64,000 bases of DNA. Source: Candidatus Eiseniibacteriota bacterium (GTDB lineage: Bacteria > Eisenbacteria > RBG-16-71-46). The notes below the pieces were generated by a model, which saw only the letters and a program-made list of their open reading frames with translations, had not been told where the DNA came from and searched no databases. The position numbers were made by a program, and so were the translations under genes. Positions within the stretch are counted from its first letter, which is position 1, and each line of letters begins with the position of its first letter. Shown piece by piece: positions 9,351 through 19,700 of this stretch. The stretch spans positions 1,728,001 through 1,792,000 of the forward strand of contig CAVQXP010000004.1 of assembly GCA_963717935.1 (NCBI GenBank). Direction: 5' to 3'.

Positions 9351-9381
9351 TCCTTCCGGGGGCGCCGCGTGTGCCCCGGGT

Positions 9382-10128
9382 TCAGCGGGCGTAGAGCGCG
9401 TTGAGCTCTCCCCAGGTCATCTGGAAGGGCAGGGTGGTCGTGGCCGCCGCCGCTGTCTGGGCGCCGGGTAGCGCCACCTGCAGGATCCCCGGGCCGGCCG
9501 GCCGGAGGGCCATGGCGCTGGATCCCTGCAAGGTCTCGTCGTACCACTGTTCGATGTACCAGCGGGCCGAATCGGGCTGGAAGCCCAGTTCCTGGGGGAT
9601 CAGGGCGGAGTCCCCGCGCACCACGAAGAAGCGGGCGTTGCCCACGATGCGGTACTCCGCGCCGACCTCGGTCTTGATGGTGAGGTCTACGCTGGTGACG
9701 ATCTCGTTGTGCCAGCGCGGGTCCTTGCCCGGCCGGCTGTCGGGCAACGCGCGGAGCGTGGGGTCCAGGTTCAGGAAGATGCTGCTGGCGGGCGGCGCCG
9801 AGCCGCCGCCTACGAACAGGTTGCGCGCGATGTTCAGCTCCATCTCGCGGTTCACCGGCTCGTCGCGGAACAGGTTCCCCGCCGAGTCGCCGAGCGCGAA
9901 GATGAAACGGAAGTCATCCGTGAAGATCTCCTTGTAGACGGTGATGTCGCGGTTCCTCCAGCACCATTCGAACAGGCGGATCACGTTCTGCGGGGAGTTG
10001 GGCGTGGGGGGCGGGATGTAGATGCCGGTGGTGGGCGCGATGCGCGGGTCGAACGGGTTGAAGCAGCCGCCCAGGCCCAGCAGCAGCAGCGCGACCGGCC
10101 ACACGCGTACGATGCGGCGAAGCGTCAT
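9382..10128 (-). CDS. Lipoprotein of unknown function (possibly NTF2/SnoaL-like)
   Basis: GGAGG then MTLRRIVRVWPVALLLLGLGG-C lipobox; FNPFDP; PQNVIRLFEWCWRNRDITVYKEIFTDDFRFIF. Confidence 0.75.
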   Translation of the reverse strand: MTLRRIVRVWPVALLLLGLGGCFNPFDPRIAPTTGIYIPPPTPNSPQNVIRLFEWCWRNRDITVYKEIFTDDFRFIFALGDSAGNLFRDEPVNREMELNIARNLFVGGGSAPPASSIFLNLDPTLRALPDSRPGKDPRWHNEIVTSVDLTIKTEVGAEYRIVGNARFFVVRGDSALIPQELGFQPDSARWYIEQWYDETLQGSSAMALRPAGPGILQVALPGAQTAAAATTTLPFQMTWGELNALYAR

Positions 10129-10132
10129 GGTC

Positions 10133-10816
10133 TCATCCTCCCCCCACCGTTCCGGCGTTGAGCCGGCGGCTGCCGAAGGTCTGCTGATCGGGATCGGCGG
10201 GTTGCGCCCCCACGGCGGGGTCCACGCGATCCTGCCAGCGGTACAGAACCCAGCGGGCGGCCGAGATCCTCGCGAAGTACAGGTCCGCGTAGCCCACCGC
10301 GATGAGCAGCGTGTCGACAGGGGACTGCCGCAGGGCGCGGACCTCGTAGCGCCGGGAGAGGAGCGCGCTGTTTCCATCGGTGGAATAGGAATCGTGGGGG
10401 TGGACCTCGTCAGGCAGCCAGTCCATCTTGTACGGATCCCCGTAGGAGCGGATGAAGGCGGGCAGGAACTGGGCCTCGTAACCAAGGTCCCAGTCTGCGG
10501 GCAGGATGCTGGGGTCGTAGGCATTCCACACCGCCGGGTCGAAGAAGGCGTGGAAGCCGACGCCGTCCATCAGGGTGTCCGCCAGGGCCCCGAGGTAGGC
10601 GTCCTGGCCCGCGTTGTCCTTGAGCTCGACCCCGAGCTGCATGTAGCGCAGGCAGCTCTCGGGCGTGGCGTAACTGGGGAGCAGGGTGGAGCCCGCGCTG
10701 CCGGCTTCGGGGGTGGCGGGCTTGAAGAGGTCGCAGCCCGCGACGAGCACGGCCAGCAGGCCGAGCGCGAGCCCCGCGCGAAGCGGACGGGAAACGCGAC
10801 GGGTCACAGTTCCCAT
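10133..10816 (-). CDS. Lipoprotein of unknown function
   Basis: Basic N-region and LALGLLAVLVAG-C lipobox; DLFKPATPE; ends WVLYRWQD...TFGSRR. Confidence 0.75.
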   Translation of the reverse strand: MGTVTRRVSRPLRAGLALGLLAVLVAGCDLFKPATPEAGSAGSTLLPSYATPESCLRYMQLGVELKDNAGQDAYLGALADTLMDGVGFHAFFDPAVWNAYDPSILPADWDLGYEAQFLPAFIRSYGDPYKMDWLPDEVHPHDSYSTDGNSALLSRRYEVRALRQSPVDTLLIAVGYADLYFARISAARWVLYRWQDRVDPAVGAQPADPDQQTFGSRRLNAGTVGGG

Positions 10817-12948
10817 GAGAGCTGCAGGCTGCCGTTCCAGAAGTCACTCTCCGTGCGCGGCGGTGACAGGGGGGCCACCCCATTAGTGTAGCTGATGACG
10901 CGATCGGCGCGATAGGTTCGCAGGACGTCGCCGGTGAGGCGTCCCTTGGGCCCTAGGGGCAGGTTCAGGCTGGCGCCACCCGAGAAGTTGAACTGCCGGC
11001 TGACGCGCGTCGGGACCAGGGAGCCGGCCTGAGAGGCGTCGCGCTCACCCGCGATGTAGTCCGGTTGCATGAACAGCGAGAAGGCGGGGTTCGGCGCGTA
11101 CGCCAGGCGGGCGGAAAGCGTGTAGTCGTCGTTCACCTCGGAACGGCTCAGGTAGTAGAGCCCGTCCACGAACTGCGTGTAGGTCCCGCTGGGCCGGTGT
11201 TTGGCGTTGTGGCGGAGGTCGATCGTGAAGCGCGGCGAGAGCACGGCATTCAGGGACGTGGCCGTGCTGTAGTTCAGCGAAAGCCGGTCGCTGGTGGGCA
11301 GGAAATTGTAGTGCATGTAGTCGGCGCTGATCGCGTTGTTCTGGCTGGCCGTCAGCCCCGGCAGCATGCGGAAGCTCCAGCGCCACTCGGCCCGGTAGGC
11401 GGTGGCCTCCGTGTTGGACGCCGTGCTGCCGGTCCGGAGATTCACCAGCACGTTCCGGGTCACGTCCAGGACGACTCCGCTGTTGAAACGCGTCGAGCTG
11501 TTGTACTGGCTCTCGATCCGGTAGTTCTGCCGGTACTGGTCTCGGGGCACGGGCGGGTTCGGATAATTGCCGATGACGAAATAGCGGTAGGAGTAGAGGC
11601 TCACGGCGCCGGTGGCCCGCAGCAGGATCTTCCGGGTGAGATTGCGCGTGAGCGTGGCGTCGATCGTCGCCACCTTGAGGGACTCGCCGTAGCCTCCCGT
11701 GGCCGCGCGGGTCGGATATTCCGAGCGGGTGTTCGCCAGCGAGAAGCGGCTTTCCAGGTTCCAGCCGGCCAGCAGGAAGCGGCCGTCGAGGATGAAGCTG
11801 AGATCCTGCCGGCTGGACGTGGAATTGAGGGTGCCGCCCTGCGCCTGGTCCTGGGAGCCGTAGCGCCCGGTCACGTTCAGGTAGCGGTCGTTGTTCTGAC
11901 GCACGCGCAGGGTGGCGTCGACGTTGCTGTTGAACGTGCGCACCTGCCGGGCCGTGCCCGAGTCCGTGGGGGTCTCGACCCGGATGCGGCGGATGGTGTA
12001 GTTCAGGTTGAGTCCCACCGGCTTCCCGGGCAGGAGCCCGAGGGTGCCGCGCAGGTTGTTGCTCAGGTCGCTCGTGCGCGTGGTGCTCAGGGCTTTGGGG
12101 GTGCGGGTGCGTGACAGGTTGCCGTTCACCTGGCCGGAGAGGTCGTGGGTGACGTAGCGGCTCAGAAATCGCAGGCTTCCGTTCAGGTCCGCCGACGCGC
12201 CCCGCTTGACCTGCTGGAAGTTGGAGAGGTCCAGCAGGCCGGAGAAGAAATTCACCTCCGAGCGCAGCGCGGCTCGCGGCTGCTGGCGCGTGCGGACCGA
12301 GAGTTGGAACTCGTTCTTGCTCTCGCCCTCGTTGCTGATGGACCCGGGGTCGTGGCTGTTGAAGCGGTCGAGGTTGGCCCGCGCGCCGAGCGAGAAGCGC
12401 GGGGAGAACCGCCAGCCGCCCTCGGTCCCCGACGAGCGGGTCTGCCGTAGGCTCGTTTGCGTGCCCGCGGTGTAGCGGTCCATCTGGACGTTGGTCGTGT
12501 TCTGCAGGAAGAGGGAGCCCAGCACGAGCTTGTAGTCCCCACTGTTGCTCCAGGAACTCGAGGTCTGCTGGATGGAGTAGCCGCTGTTGTAGCGGAACGT
12601 GGTGAGCCGGTGGACCGTGCTCGCCAGCGGGTTGAAACGCTCCCGCTCGAGGTACACCCCCACACTGTCCACCGGCATGCGCAGGCTGTCCGCGAGCCAG
12701 ACCAGGCGCTCCAGCGGCCAGCGGTATCGGATCGAGAGCGCCCGCAGCGTGTCGGGTGTGAGGCTCAGGCTGTCGGCCACCGGGAACAGGCGGTCGAAGC
12801 GCAGGCCCAGGGTGTCCCTCAGGAGGGTCGTGTCCGCGAACGCGTAGCGGGAGGACGCCGCCTGCTGGGCATGCCCCGGGATGGCAGCCAGGATCAGCTC
12901 CAGCGCGGCAGGCAGGAGGAGGAGGGCGAGGCGCCGGGACCGCATCAT
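10804..12948 (-). CDS. Large outer-membrane beta-barrel protein of unknown function
   Basis: Signal peptide (RRLALLLLPAALELILAAIPGHA); over 600 aa of S/T/N/R/aromatic alternating strands; C-terminus FWNGSLQLSWEL. Confidence 0.75.
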   Translation of the reverse strand: MMRSRRLALLLLPAALELILAAIPGHAQQAASSRYAFADTTLLRDTLGLRFDRLFPVADSLSLTPDTLRALSIRYRWPLERLVWLADSLRMPVDSVGVYLERERFNPLASTVHRLTTFRYNSGYSIQQTSSSWSNSGDYKLVLGSLFLQNTTNVQMDRYTAGTQTSLRQTRSSGTEGGWRFSPRFSLGARANLDRFNSHDPGSISNEGESKNEFQLSVRTRQQPRAALRSEVNFFSGLLDLSNFQQVKRGASADLNGSLRFLSRYVTHDLSGQVNGNLSRTRTPKALSTTRTSDLSNNLRGTLGLLPGKPVGLNLNYTIRRIRVETPTDSGTARQVRTFNSNVDATLRVRQNNDRYLNVTGRYGSQDQAQGGTLNSTSSRQDLSFILDGRFLLAGWNLESRFSLANTRSEYPTRAATGGYGESLKVATIDATLTRNLTRKILLRATGAVSLYSYRYFVIGNYPNPPVPRDQYRQNYRIESQYNSSTRFNSGVVLDVTRNVLVNLRTGSTASNTEATAYRAEWRWSFRMLPGLTASQNNAISADYMHYNFLPTSDRLSLNYSTATSLNAVLSPRFTIDLRHNAKHRPSGTYTQFVDGLYYLSRSEVNDDYTLSARLAYAPNPAFSLFMQPDYIAGERDASQAGSLVPTRVSRQFNFSGGASLNLPLGPKGRLTGDVLRTYRADRVISYTNGVAPLSPPRTESDFWNGSLQLSWEL

Positions 12949-12982
12949 GGAAGCGAGAGGATGAGTTTCATCACGGCGTTCG

Positions 12983-13012
12983 ACAGTAGCATCCACTTGG
13001 AAAGGGGGTCAA
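12983..13012 (-). promoter_or_regulatory. Sigma70-type promoter for barrel/lipoprotein operon
   Basis: Minus strand TTGACC, 18 nt, (TGC)TACTGT. Confidence 0.55.
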
Positions 13013-13336
13013 CGCAGCACGCTGTCTCGTGTTGCTACCCCGCGACGGCCTCATCCCGCGGGAGAAAAGCGGATGCGAGGGGCGGTGGTGGAGGCGGTTT
13101 CCCTCGCCTGGGCGGACCCTGCCGGCCCGCCGGGCGTGGGTGTGGCGCGGCCCGTGTGGACGGGCCCGAAACCTCCGGACTCTCCGCTTGCGGCAGGCCC
13201 GCACGGGTGCTAGCGTGCAGCGGCGCATCGTCATGGAAGACAGGGCCTGCCCGCCCGTGGGCCCCGCGGCTTCTCCGACAGCGCCAGTCCCAGATGTGAC
13301 CCCCCGGCTCGACGAGCCGACACCGGAGAGGCAGGG

Positions 13337-14374
13337 ATGTTCCTCAGCAATCTGATGGGCTTCTTCTCCACCGATGCGGCCATGGACCTGGGGACCGCGA
13401 ACACCCTGGTCTTCGTCAAGGGCCGCGGCATCGTGCTCAATGAACCTTCGGTCGTGGCCGTAGAGAAGGCTACCGGCAAGGTCCTGGCGGTGGGCAGCGA
13501 GGCCAAGCTGATGCTCGGCCGCACGCCGGACGAGATCAGCGCCGTGAGGCCCCTCAAGGACGGCGTCATCGCCGACTTCGAGATCACCGAGGACCTGCTG
13601 CGCGAATTCATCCAGCGCGTCCAGAAGCACAAGTTCCTCTACCGCCCGCGCATCATCATCTGCGTGCCCTCGGGCATCACCGAGGTGGAGAAGCGCGCGG
13701 TCATCGACTCGGCCGAGCGCGCCGGCGCGCGCCAGGTGCTGCTGGTGCCCGAGCCCATCGCTGCCGCCATCGGCGTGGGGCTCCCGGTGGACACCCCGAC
13801 CGGCAACATGGTGGTGGACATCGGCGGTGGCACGACCGAGATCGCCGTCATCGCGCTGAACGGCATCGTCACGAAGACGTCGATCCGCGTGGGCGGCGAC
13901 GAGATGGACGATGCCATCGTGAACTACGCCAAGAAGGCGTACAACATGCTCATCGGCGAGCAGACAGCGGAGCGCATCAAGATCGAGATCGGCTCGGCTT
14001 TCCCGCTCACCGAGGAGATGGACATGGAGATCAAGGGGCGCGACCTGGTGCGCGGCATCCCGCGCACGCTGCGGGTTTCCAGCGTCGAGGTCCGCGAGGC
14101 CCTCGAGGAACCGGTCACCGCCATCGTCAACGCCCTGCGGGAGTGCCTCGAGCGCACCCCCCCCGAGCTGGCTGCGGACATCGTGGACCGGGGCATCTAC
14201 CTCAGCGGAGGAGGGGCGCTGCTGCGCGGTCTCGACCTGCTCATGCGCGAGGTCACCAACCTCAACATCCGGGTGGCCCAGGATCCCCTCACCTGCGTGG
14301 TGCTCGGGGCGGGGAAGATCCTCGAGCAGCTCGAGGACTTCGAGAAGGTGATCCTGCGCGGCCACAAGGACTGA
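13337..14374 (+). CDS. mreB: Rod shape-determining actin-like protein MreB
   Basis: DLGTANT, NEPSVVA, RPLKDGVIADF, VPSGITEVEKRA, DIGGGTTE, SGGGALLRGLD. Confidence 0.98.
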   Translation: MFLSNLMGFFSTDAAMDLGTANTLVFVKGRGIVLNEPSVVAVEKATGKVLAVGSEAKLMLGRTPDEISAVRPLKDGVIADFEITEDLLREFIQRVQKHKFLYRPRIIICVPSGITEVEKRAVIDSAERAGARQVLLVPEPIAAAIGVGLPVDTPTGNMVVDIGGGTTEIAVIALNGIVTKTSIRVGGDEMDDAIVNYAKKAYNMLIGEQTAERIKIEIGSAFPLTEEMDMEIKGRDLVRGIPRTLRVSSVEVREALEEPVTAIVNALRECLERTPPELAADIVDRGIYLSGGGALLRGLDLLMREVTNLNIRVAQDPLTCVVLGAGKILEQLEDFEKVILRGHKD

Positions 14375-14498
14375 AGGGCGGTCGGACGATGCCCGGGACC
14401 GAGGCGGGGTGGCCGCGACGGGCGGGGTGTGGCCCCAGCCGCTCGGCAGCGAGGAGTGGTCGCTCCAACGCCGCAGACGGGCCCGCGCCGGTCGCCTG

Positions 14499-15314
14499 AT
14501 GGGAGGCTTCCTCCCGCCTGCCGAGCGCCGCAGCGGGGTCCTGCTCGGACTCTACGCGGCGATTGCTCTGCTGCTCCTGCTCACCGGTGACCGCATCCCG
14601 CAGGCCGGACTGCGCGGCGCTGGCGCCTGGCTGTTCGCCCCGTTCGATCGGCTGGTGCTGGTCGTCGACCGGCTGGGCGCCGCCTGGCGCGAGAACGAGC
14701 GCCTGCACGAGCGCATCACCCGTCTGGAGCTCGAGGCCGCCCGGCTGCGCCGTGCGGGCGTGGAGAACCTGCGGTTGCGCGACAGCCTGGGCCTGCCGGC
14801 CTATCGGGCGTTGATGCTGCGGCCGGTCGAGGTGCTCGCGCTGGCGGGCGAACCGGTCTCAGCCTCGGCCACGCTGAGCGCGGGCGCCTCGCGGGGCGTG
14901 AACGTGGGCGACGCGGTGGTGACGAGCGACGGGCTGGTGGGCCGGATCGGGGAGGTCTATGCCGGGCTCTCCCGCGTCATCCTGCTCACCGACCCGAACT
15001 CCGCCGTGGCCTGCGAGGTGGAGAGCACGGGGGTCCAGGGCGTGCTGCGCTTCTTCGCCTTCCCGCGACCGCAGTTGCTGCTGACCGGGGTGCCGATGGC
15101 GGACACCGTGCGCGTGGGGCAGCTCGTGCTCACCTCCGGGCTCTCGGTGCGCTATCCACGCGGGTTGCCGGTGGGCCGCATCGAGCGACTCGCTCGCGAC
15201 GTGAGCGGCCTCACGCACGAGATCGAGATCGCGCCGGCAGCGCGCCTGTCGCGGCTGCGCCACGCCTACGTGGTGCCCGGACCCGCCCGCCGGGGCGCGG
15301 AGGCGAGGCGATGA
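14499..15314 (+). CDS. mreC: Rod shape-determining protein MreC
   Basis: TM, coiled coil (ENERL/ENLRL), GLVGRI, SRVILLTD, TSGL..RYPRGLPVG; follows mreB. Confidence 0.93.
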   Translation: MGGFLPPAERRSGVLLGLYAAIALLLLLTGDRIPQAGLRGAGAWLFAPFDRLVLVVDRLGAAWRENERLHERITRLELEAARLRRAGVENLRLRDSLGLPAYRALMLRPVEVLALAGEPVSASATLSAGASRGVNVGDAVVTSDGLVGRIGEVYAGLSRVILLTDPNSAVACEVESTGVQGVLRFFAFPRPQLLLTGVPMADTVRVGQLVLTSGLSVRYPRGLPVGRIERLARDVSGLTHEIEIAPAARLSRLRHAYVVPGPARRGAEARR

Positions 15315-15825
15315 GGGTGTTCGTCGGTCTGCTGCTGCTCGCGGGCGCGGCGCTGCTCATCCGCTCGACCGCGCTCTCGGTGCTCGCGGCGCGCGGCGTC
15401 ATCGTGGACGTGCTGGCTTTCGTCACCGTGGTGTGGGCCCTGCGCTGGGGCGAGAGTCACGGACTCGACCTTCGGTTTCGTGCTGGGACTGGCGGCCGAC
15501 CTGGATGCGAGCGCACTGGCTGGGGCGGCACGCGCTGGCGCTGGCGCTGGTGGGCTACGGGATCGGCCGGCTCTCGCGCGCACTGGTGCGCGACAACCCG
15601 GCGACGCAGTTCATGCTCATCTTCGTCGCCACGCTGGTCCACCAGGCCTGGGTTCTTGCCTTCGAACTGGGCGGGATCGCGGGCTGGCGGTTCCTGCTCG
15701 GGCATGTGGTGGTCTCCGGCCTGGTCACCGCACCGCTCGGCGTGCTCGTGCTTGCTCTCGTCAGCCTCGGGAGCGGAAGGTCGTTGTTCAGCCGTGCTGC
15801 CATCGAAACCACACCGCGAACGTAG
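15311..15825 (+). CDS. mreD: MreD (two apparent frameshifts near 15460 and 15510)
   Basis: Hydrophobic pieces in three frames (IVDVLAFVTVVWAL / GFVLGLAADLD / WLGRHALALALVGY); synteny. Confidence 0.8.
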
Positions 15826-17670
15826 GCACGAGCGACATCGCCTGCTCGTCGCCCTGACGCTGACGGGCTTCGGCCTGACGGTGCTGGGCCTGGTGCGCCT
15901 GCAGATCGTGGATGGGGCGAAATACGCCGGGCTGGCGAAGGAGAACCGGGTGCGGCCGGAGGTGCTGCGGGCGCCCCGCGGCACGATCTACGACCGTCAT
16001 GGCGAATTGCTCGCCGACAGCGCCCCGAGCTTCGACATCGTCTTCCAGCCCTTCCCGGCCGAGAGCACGCAGCGCGTGCGGGAGACGATGAGCCCGGCGT
16101 GGCTCGTGCGCGTCGGTGCCCTGGTCGAGCTCGACTCGGCCGAGGTCCGGCGCCGCGTGGACTTCGCCAACCTCACGGGCCAGAGCGCGCTGCTCCGGCG
16201 CGACGCTCCATTCGCCATGCTGCGCGGGGGTGGAGGAGACGCGCAGCGAGCTGCCGGGCATCGAGGTCCAGGTGGAGCCCCTGCGGCACTACCCCTACGG
16301 CACGCTCGCCGCGCATCTGCTGGGCTACGCGGGGGAGATCGGCGGCGCCGAGCTGGACACGCTCAAGGCTGCGGACTACCGGCCGGGTGACCTCATCGGC
16401 CGCACGGGGGTCGAGCGCAGCTACGAGGACTTCCTGCGCGGGCAGGACGGCGTGGAGTACGTCGTCGTGAACGCCCGCGGACGGCGGGTCTCCACGCTCA
16501 AGGAGTCCGGCGCGCGGGCGCCGGTGCCGGGGCAGGACCTGGTGCTCACGCTCGACCTCAAGGTGCAGCGCGCCCTCGAGGAGGTGATGGCCGATGTCCC
16601 GCGCGGCGCGGCGGTGGTGCTCGACCCGCGCGACGGCGGCATCCTCGCGATGGTGAGCCGGCCGACCTTCGATCCCAACGAGTTCTCGCACGGCCTGAGC
16701 CACGCGCGCTGGAAGGAGCTGAGCGAGGGCGGGGCCAACCCGCTGCTGCACCGGGCCATCCAGGGCGTCTATCCGCCCGGGTCCACGTTCAAGATCATCA
16801 CGATGAGCGCGGCTCTCGCCCGCGGCGTGGCCCGGGCCGCCACGCGTCTCGCGCCCTGCGCCGGCGGCATGAACTACGGCGGGCGGCGGTTCGCCTGCTG
16901 GGAGCACCGAGGCCACGGCTCCCTCGACCTGATCGAAGCGCTCCAGCACTCCTGCGACGTCTATTTCTACCAGCTGGGACTCAGGCTGGGGCTCGCTGGG
17001 CTCGAGGAGACGGCGAAGGCCCTGGGGCTCGGGGCGCGCACCGGCGTGGACCTGCCCCAGGAGGCACGGGGCCTCATCCCGAGCGCGGCCTACTACGACA
17101 GGCGCTGGGGGGCGGGGCGCTGGCGCTCGGGGCTGCTGCTGAACCTCGCGATCGGGCAGGGCGAGTTGCTGCTGACCCCGCTGCAACTCGCCCTGTTCAC
17201 CGCCGAGGCCGCGAACGACGGCCGGCCGTTGCGCCCGCACGTGGTCGAGCGCGTGGGGCGCGCACGGGCATTCCGGCCGGCCCGGCCCGTGCAGCCGGGG
17301 CTCCCGGCCGACTCCGCGATCTGGCGGCCGGTGCACGAGGCGATGGAGCGCGTGGTGGCCGCGGGCACGGGCAGCGCGGCGCGGGTGCCGGGTGTGCGCG
17401 TGGCGGGCAAGACCGGCACGGCGCAGAACCCGCACGGCCAGGACCACGCGCTCTTCGTCTGCTACGCTCCGATGGACTCGCCGCGCGTGGCGGTGGCCAT
17501 CGTCATCGAGAACGCCGGGCACGGTGGCAGCGTCTGTGCACCCCGGGCAGGGGCGCATGTTGCGGCGGCTGTTCCTGCCCGACTCGCTGCAGCGGCCGGT
17601 GGTGCGGTCTGCACCGCGTGATCCGGTCCAGCCGGCCGCGCTCGACACGGGGGTGGTGAATGGCGATTAG
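15794..17670 (+). CDS. mrdA: Penicillin-binding protein 2 (frameshifts near 16225 and 17550)
   Basis: RLQIV, APRGTIYDRHG, RHYPYG, YPPGSTFK (SxxK), SCD, AGKTGTAQNPHG. Confidence 0.93.
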
Positions 17671-18886
17671 GTCGAGGCTGAGGCTGCCCCCGCTCGACAT
17701 GCCGCTGCTGCTGGCGGCCCTGGCGCTCGTCTGCCTGGGACTGCTCACGGTCTACAGCGCCACCTCCATCCCGGGTGCTCACCAGGGTCTGTGGACGCGG
17801 CAACTGGCCTGGGCCGGCATCGCCGTCGTCGTGGCCTGGATCGTGGCCAGCATCCACTACCGGGCCTACGACGCGCTGGCCTGGCCGCTCTACGTCCTCT
17901 CGGTGCTGCTGCTCGTGCTCGTGCTGGTGAAGGGCTCGAGCGCCATGGGGGCGAAGCGCTGGCTCGACCTGGGGCCTCTGCACTTCCAGCCCTCGGAGCT
18001 GGCCAAGGTGGCGACGGTGATCCTCCTGGCCCGGCGCTTCGACCAGGAGAAGCTCGACCTGCGCCGTTTCACGCACTGGTTCTCCGCGCTGCTGATCGTC
18101 CTGGTCCCCTTCGCGCTCGTGGCGAAGGAGCCCGACCTCGGGACCTCGCTCACCTTCCCCGTGATCCTGATCACCATGTACTTCTGGGCCGGCATGCCGG
18201 TGGGCCAGCTCCTGCTCGGGCTCTCACCGGTGCTCAACGCGGCGCTGTTCTTCCTCACCGGCGGGTTGTGGTGGTCGGCCGGGCTGGTGGCCGTCCTGCT
18301 CGGCGCCGTGCGCCCGAGGCTGGCGACGCTGATCATGGTGCTGCTGCTCAACGTCGCCGTGGGCTATGCCCTGCCCCACGTCTGGAACCACATGCACGAC
18401 TACCAGAAGCGGCGCATCGTGACCTTCCTGAATCCGGGCGAGGACCCGTACCGCGCCGGCTACCAGATCATCCAGTCGCGCATCGCCATCGGCTCGGGCG
18501 GGTTCAAGGGCACGGGCTACCTCAAGGGCACGCAGAAGGGCCTGGCGTTCCTGCCCATGCGCCACACCGACTTCATCTTCTCGGTGGTGGGCGAGGAGTG
18601 GGGATTGCTGGGGACCGTGACCGTGGTGCTACTGTACGCGTTGCTCGTGCTGCGGGGCTTCCGGCTGGCGCTGGTGGCCCGCAGCGGTTTCGCGAGCCTG
18701 CTCGCCGTGGGCGTGGTGAGCGCGCTCTTCTATCACATCATGGTGAACATCCTGATGACCATCGGCTGGGCGCCCGTGACCGGGCTGCCCCTGCCGTTCA
18801 TCTCCTACGGAGGCACCGCGCTGGTGGCGAACGGCATCCAGATCGGGCTGCTCCAGAACGTGGCCATCCGCCGCTTGGAGTTGTGA
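17660..18886 (+). CDS. rodA: SEDS glycosyltransferase RodA
   Basis: GAKRWL, FQPSELAK, EPDLGT, GYQIIQSRIAIGSGG, HTDFIFSV, PVTGLPLPFISYGG. Confidence 0.96.
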   Translation: MAIRSRLRLPPLDMPLLLAALALVCLGLLTVYSATSIPGAHQGLWTRQLAWAGIAVVVAWIVASIHYRAYDALAWPLYVLSVLLLVLVLVKGSSAMGAKRWLDLGPLHFQPSELAKVATVILLARRFDQEKLDLRRFTHWFSALLIVLVPFALVAKEPDLGTSLTFPVILITMYFWAGMPVGQLLLGLSPVLNAALFFLTGGLWWSAGLVAVLLGAVRPRLATLIMVLLLNVAVGYALPHVWNHMHDYQKRRIVTFLNPGEDPYRAGYQIIQSRIAIGSGGFKGTGYLKGTQKGLAFLPMRHTDFIFSVVGEEWGLLGTVTVVLLYALLVLRGFRLALVARSGFASLLAVGVVSALFYHIMVNILMTIGWAPVTGLPLPFISYGGTALVANGIQIGLLQNVAIRRLEL

Positions 18887-18887
18887 C

Positions 18888-19700
18888 GTGCATCCCGAGA
18901 TCCTGCACTGGGGAGTGCTGCGCATCACGTCGTACGGCCTGATGCTGGCCATCGCGTTCCTGGCCGGCACCTGGCTCGCGTTGCGCGAGTCGCGCCGGCT
19001 GGGGCTGGATGAGGACCGGATCGTGATGCGTGATCCTCGTCGCCCTGGTGGCCGGGGTGGTGGGTGCGCGGGCCCTCTACGTGGTCGAGCACCTGCGGGA
19101 TTTCCGCGGCAGCTACCTGAGCGTGCTCGCGCTGTGGCAGGGCGGGCTCACGCTCTACGGCGGCATCGTGGCGGGCACCGTGGCGGGGCTGTTCGTGGCG
19201 CGCCGCACGCGGGCTGCCCATGTGGGTGACGGCCGATGCGCTGGCGCCGTCCCTGGCGCTCGGCACGGTGTTCGGGCGCGTGGGCTGCTTCCTGAACGGC
19301 TGCTGCTACGGGCATCCCACGCGGCTGCCCTGGGGCGTGGTCTTCCCGGCGGACTCCTTCGCGGGTCTCGAGCTTCGGCCCGGTGCCCGTGCATCCCGCG
19401 CAGCTCTACTTCGCCGCGGCGGGTCTGGTCCTGTTCCTGGTGGTCTGGGTGGTGCGCCGCCGGGTGCGGGTGCCGGGGGTGCTCTTCTGGAGCCTGATCG
19501 CGCTGCTGGCTCTGGTGCGCATCCCGCTCGACCTGACCCGGGTCTACGAGGCCGGGGCCATCGTCGTGGAACTCGGGCTCGTGCGCGTCAGCGAGAGCCA
19601 GGTCACGAGCGCGGCGCTCCTGCTCTTCGCCCTGCTCATGATCGCGCGGCTGAGGCGCGAGTCGCGCCCGGCCGCGGCCCCCGTCGCGCCGCGTCCGTGA
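18888..19700 (+). CDS. lgt: Prolipoprotein diacylglyceryl transferase (about three frameshifts)
   Basis: SYGLMLA, GARALYV, WQGGLTLYGG, FGRVGCFLNGCCYG, LPWGVVFP, VHPAQLY, spread across frames. Confidence 0.88.

Noticed and set aside
12945..12974. Leader peptide MKLILSLP overlapping the barrel start
   Set aside because: Equally explained by a one-base deletion in the true N-terminus, given the window's indel rate.
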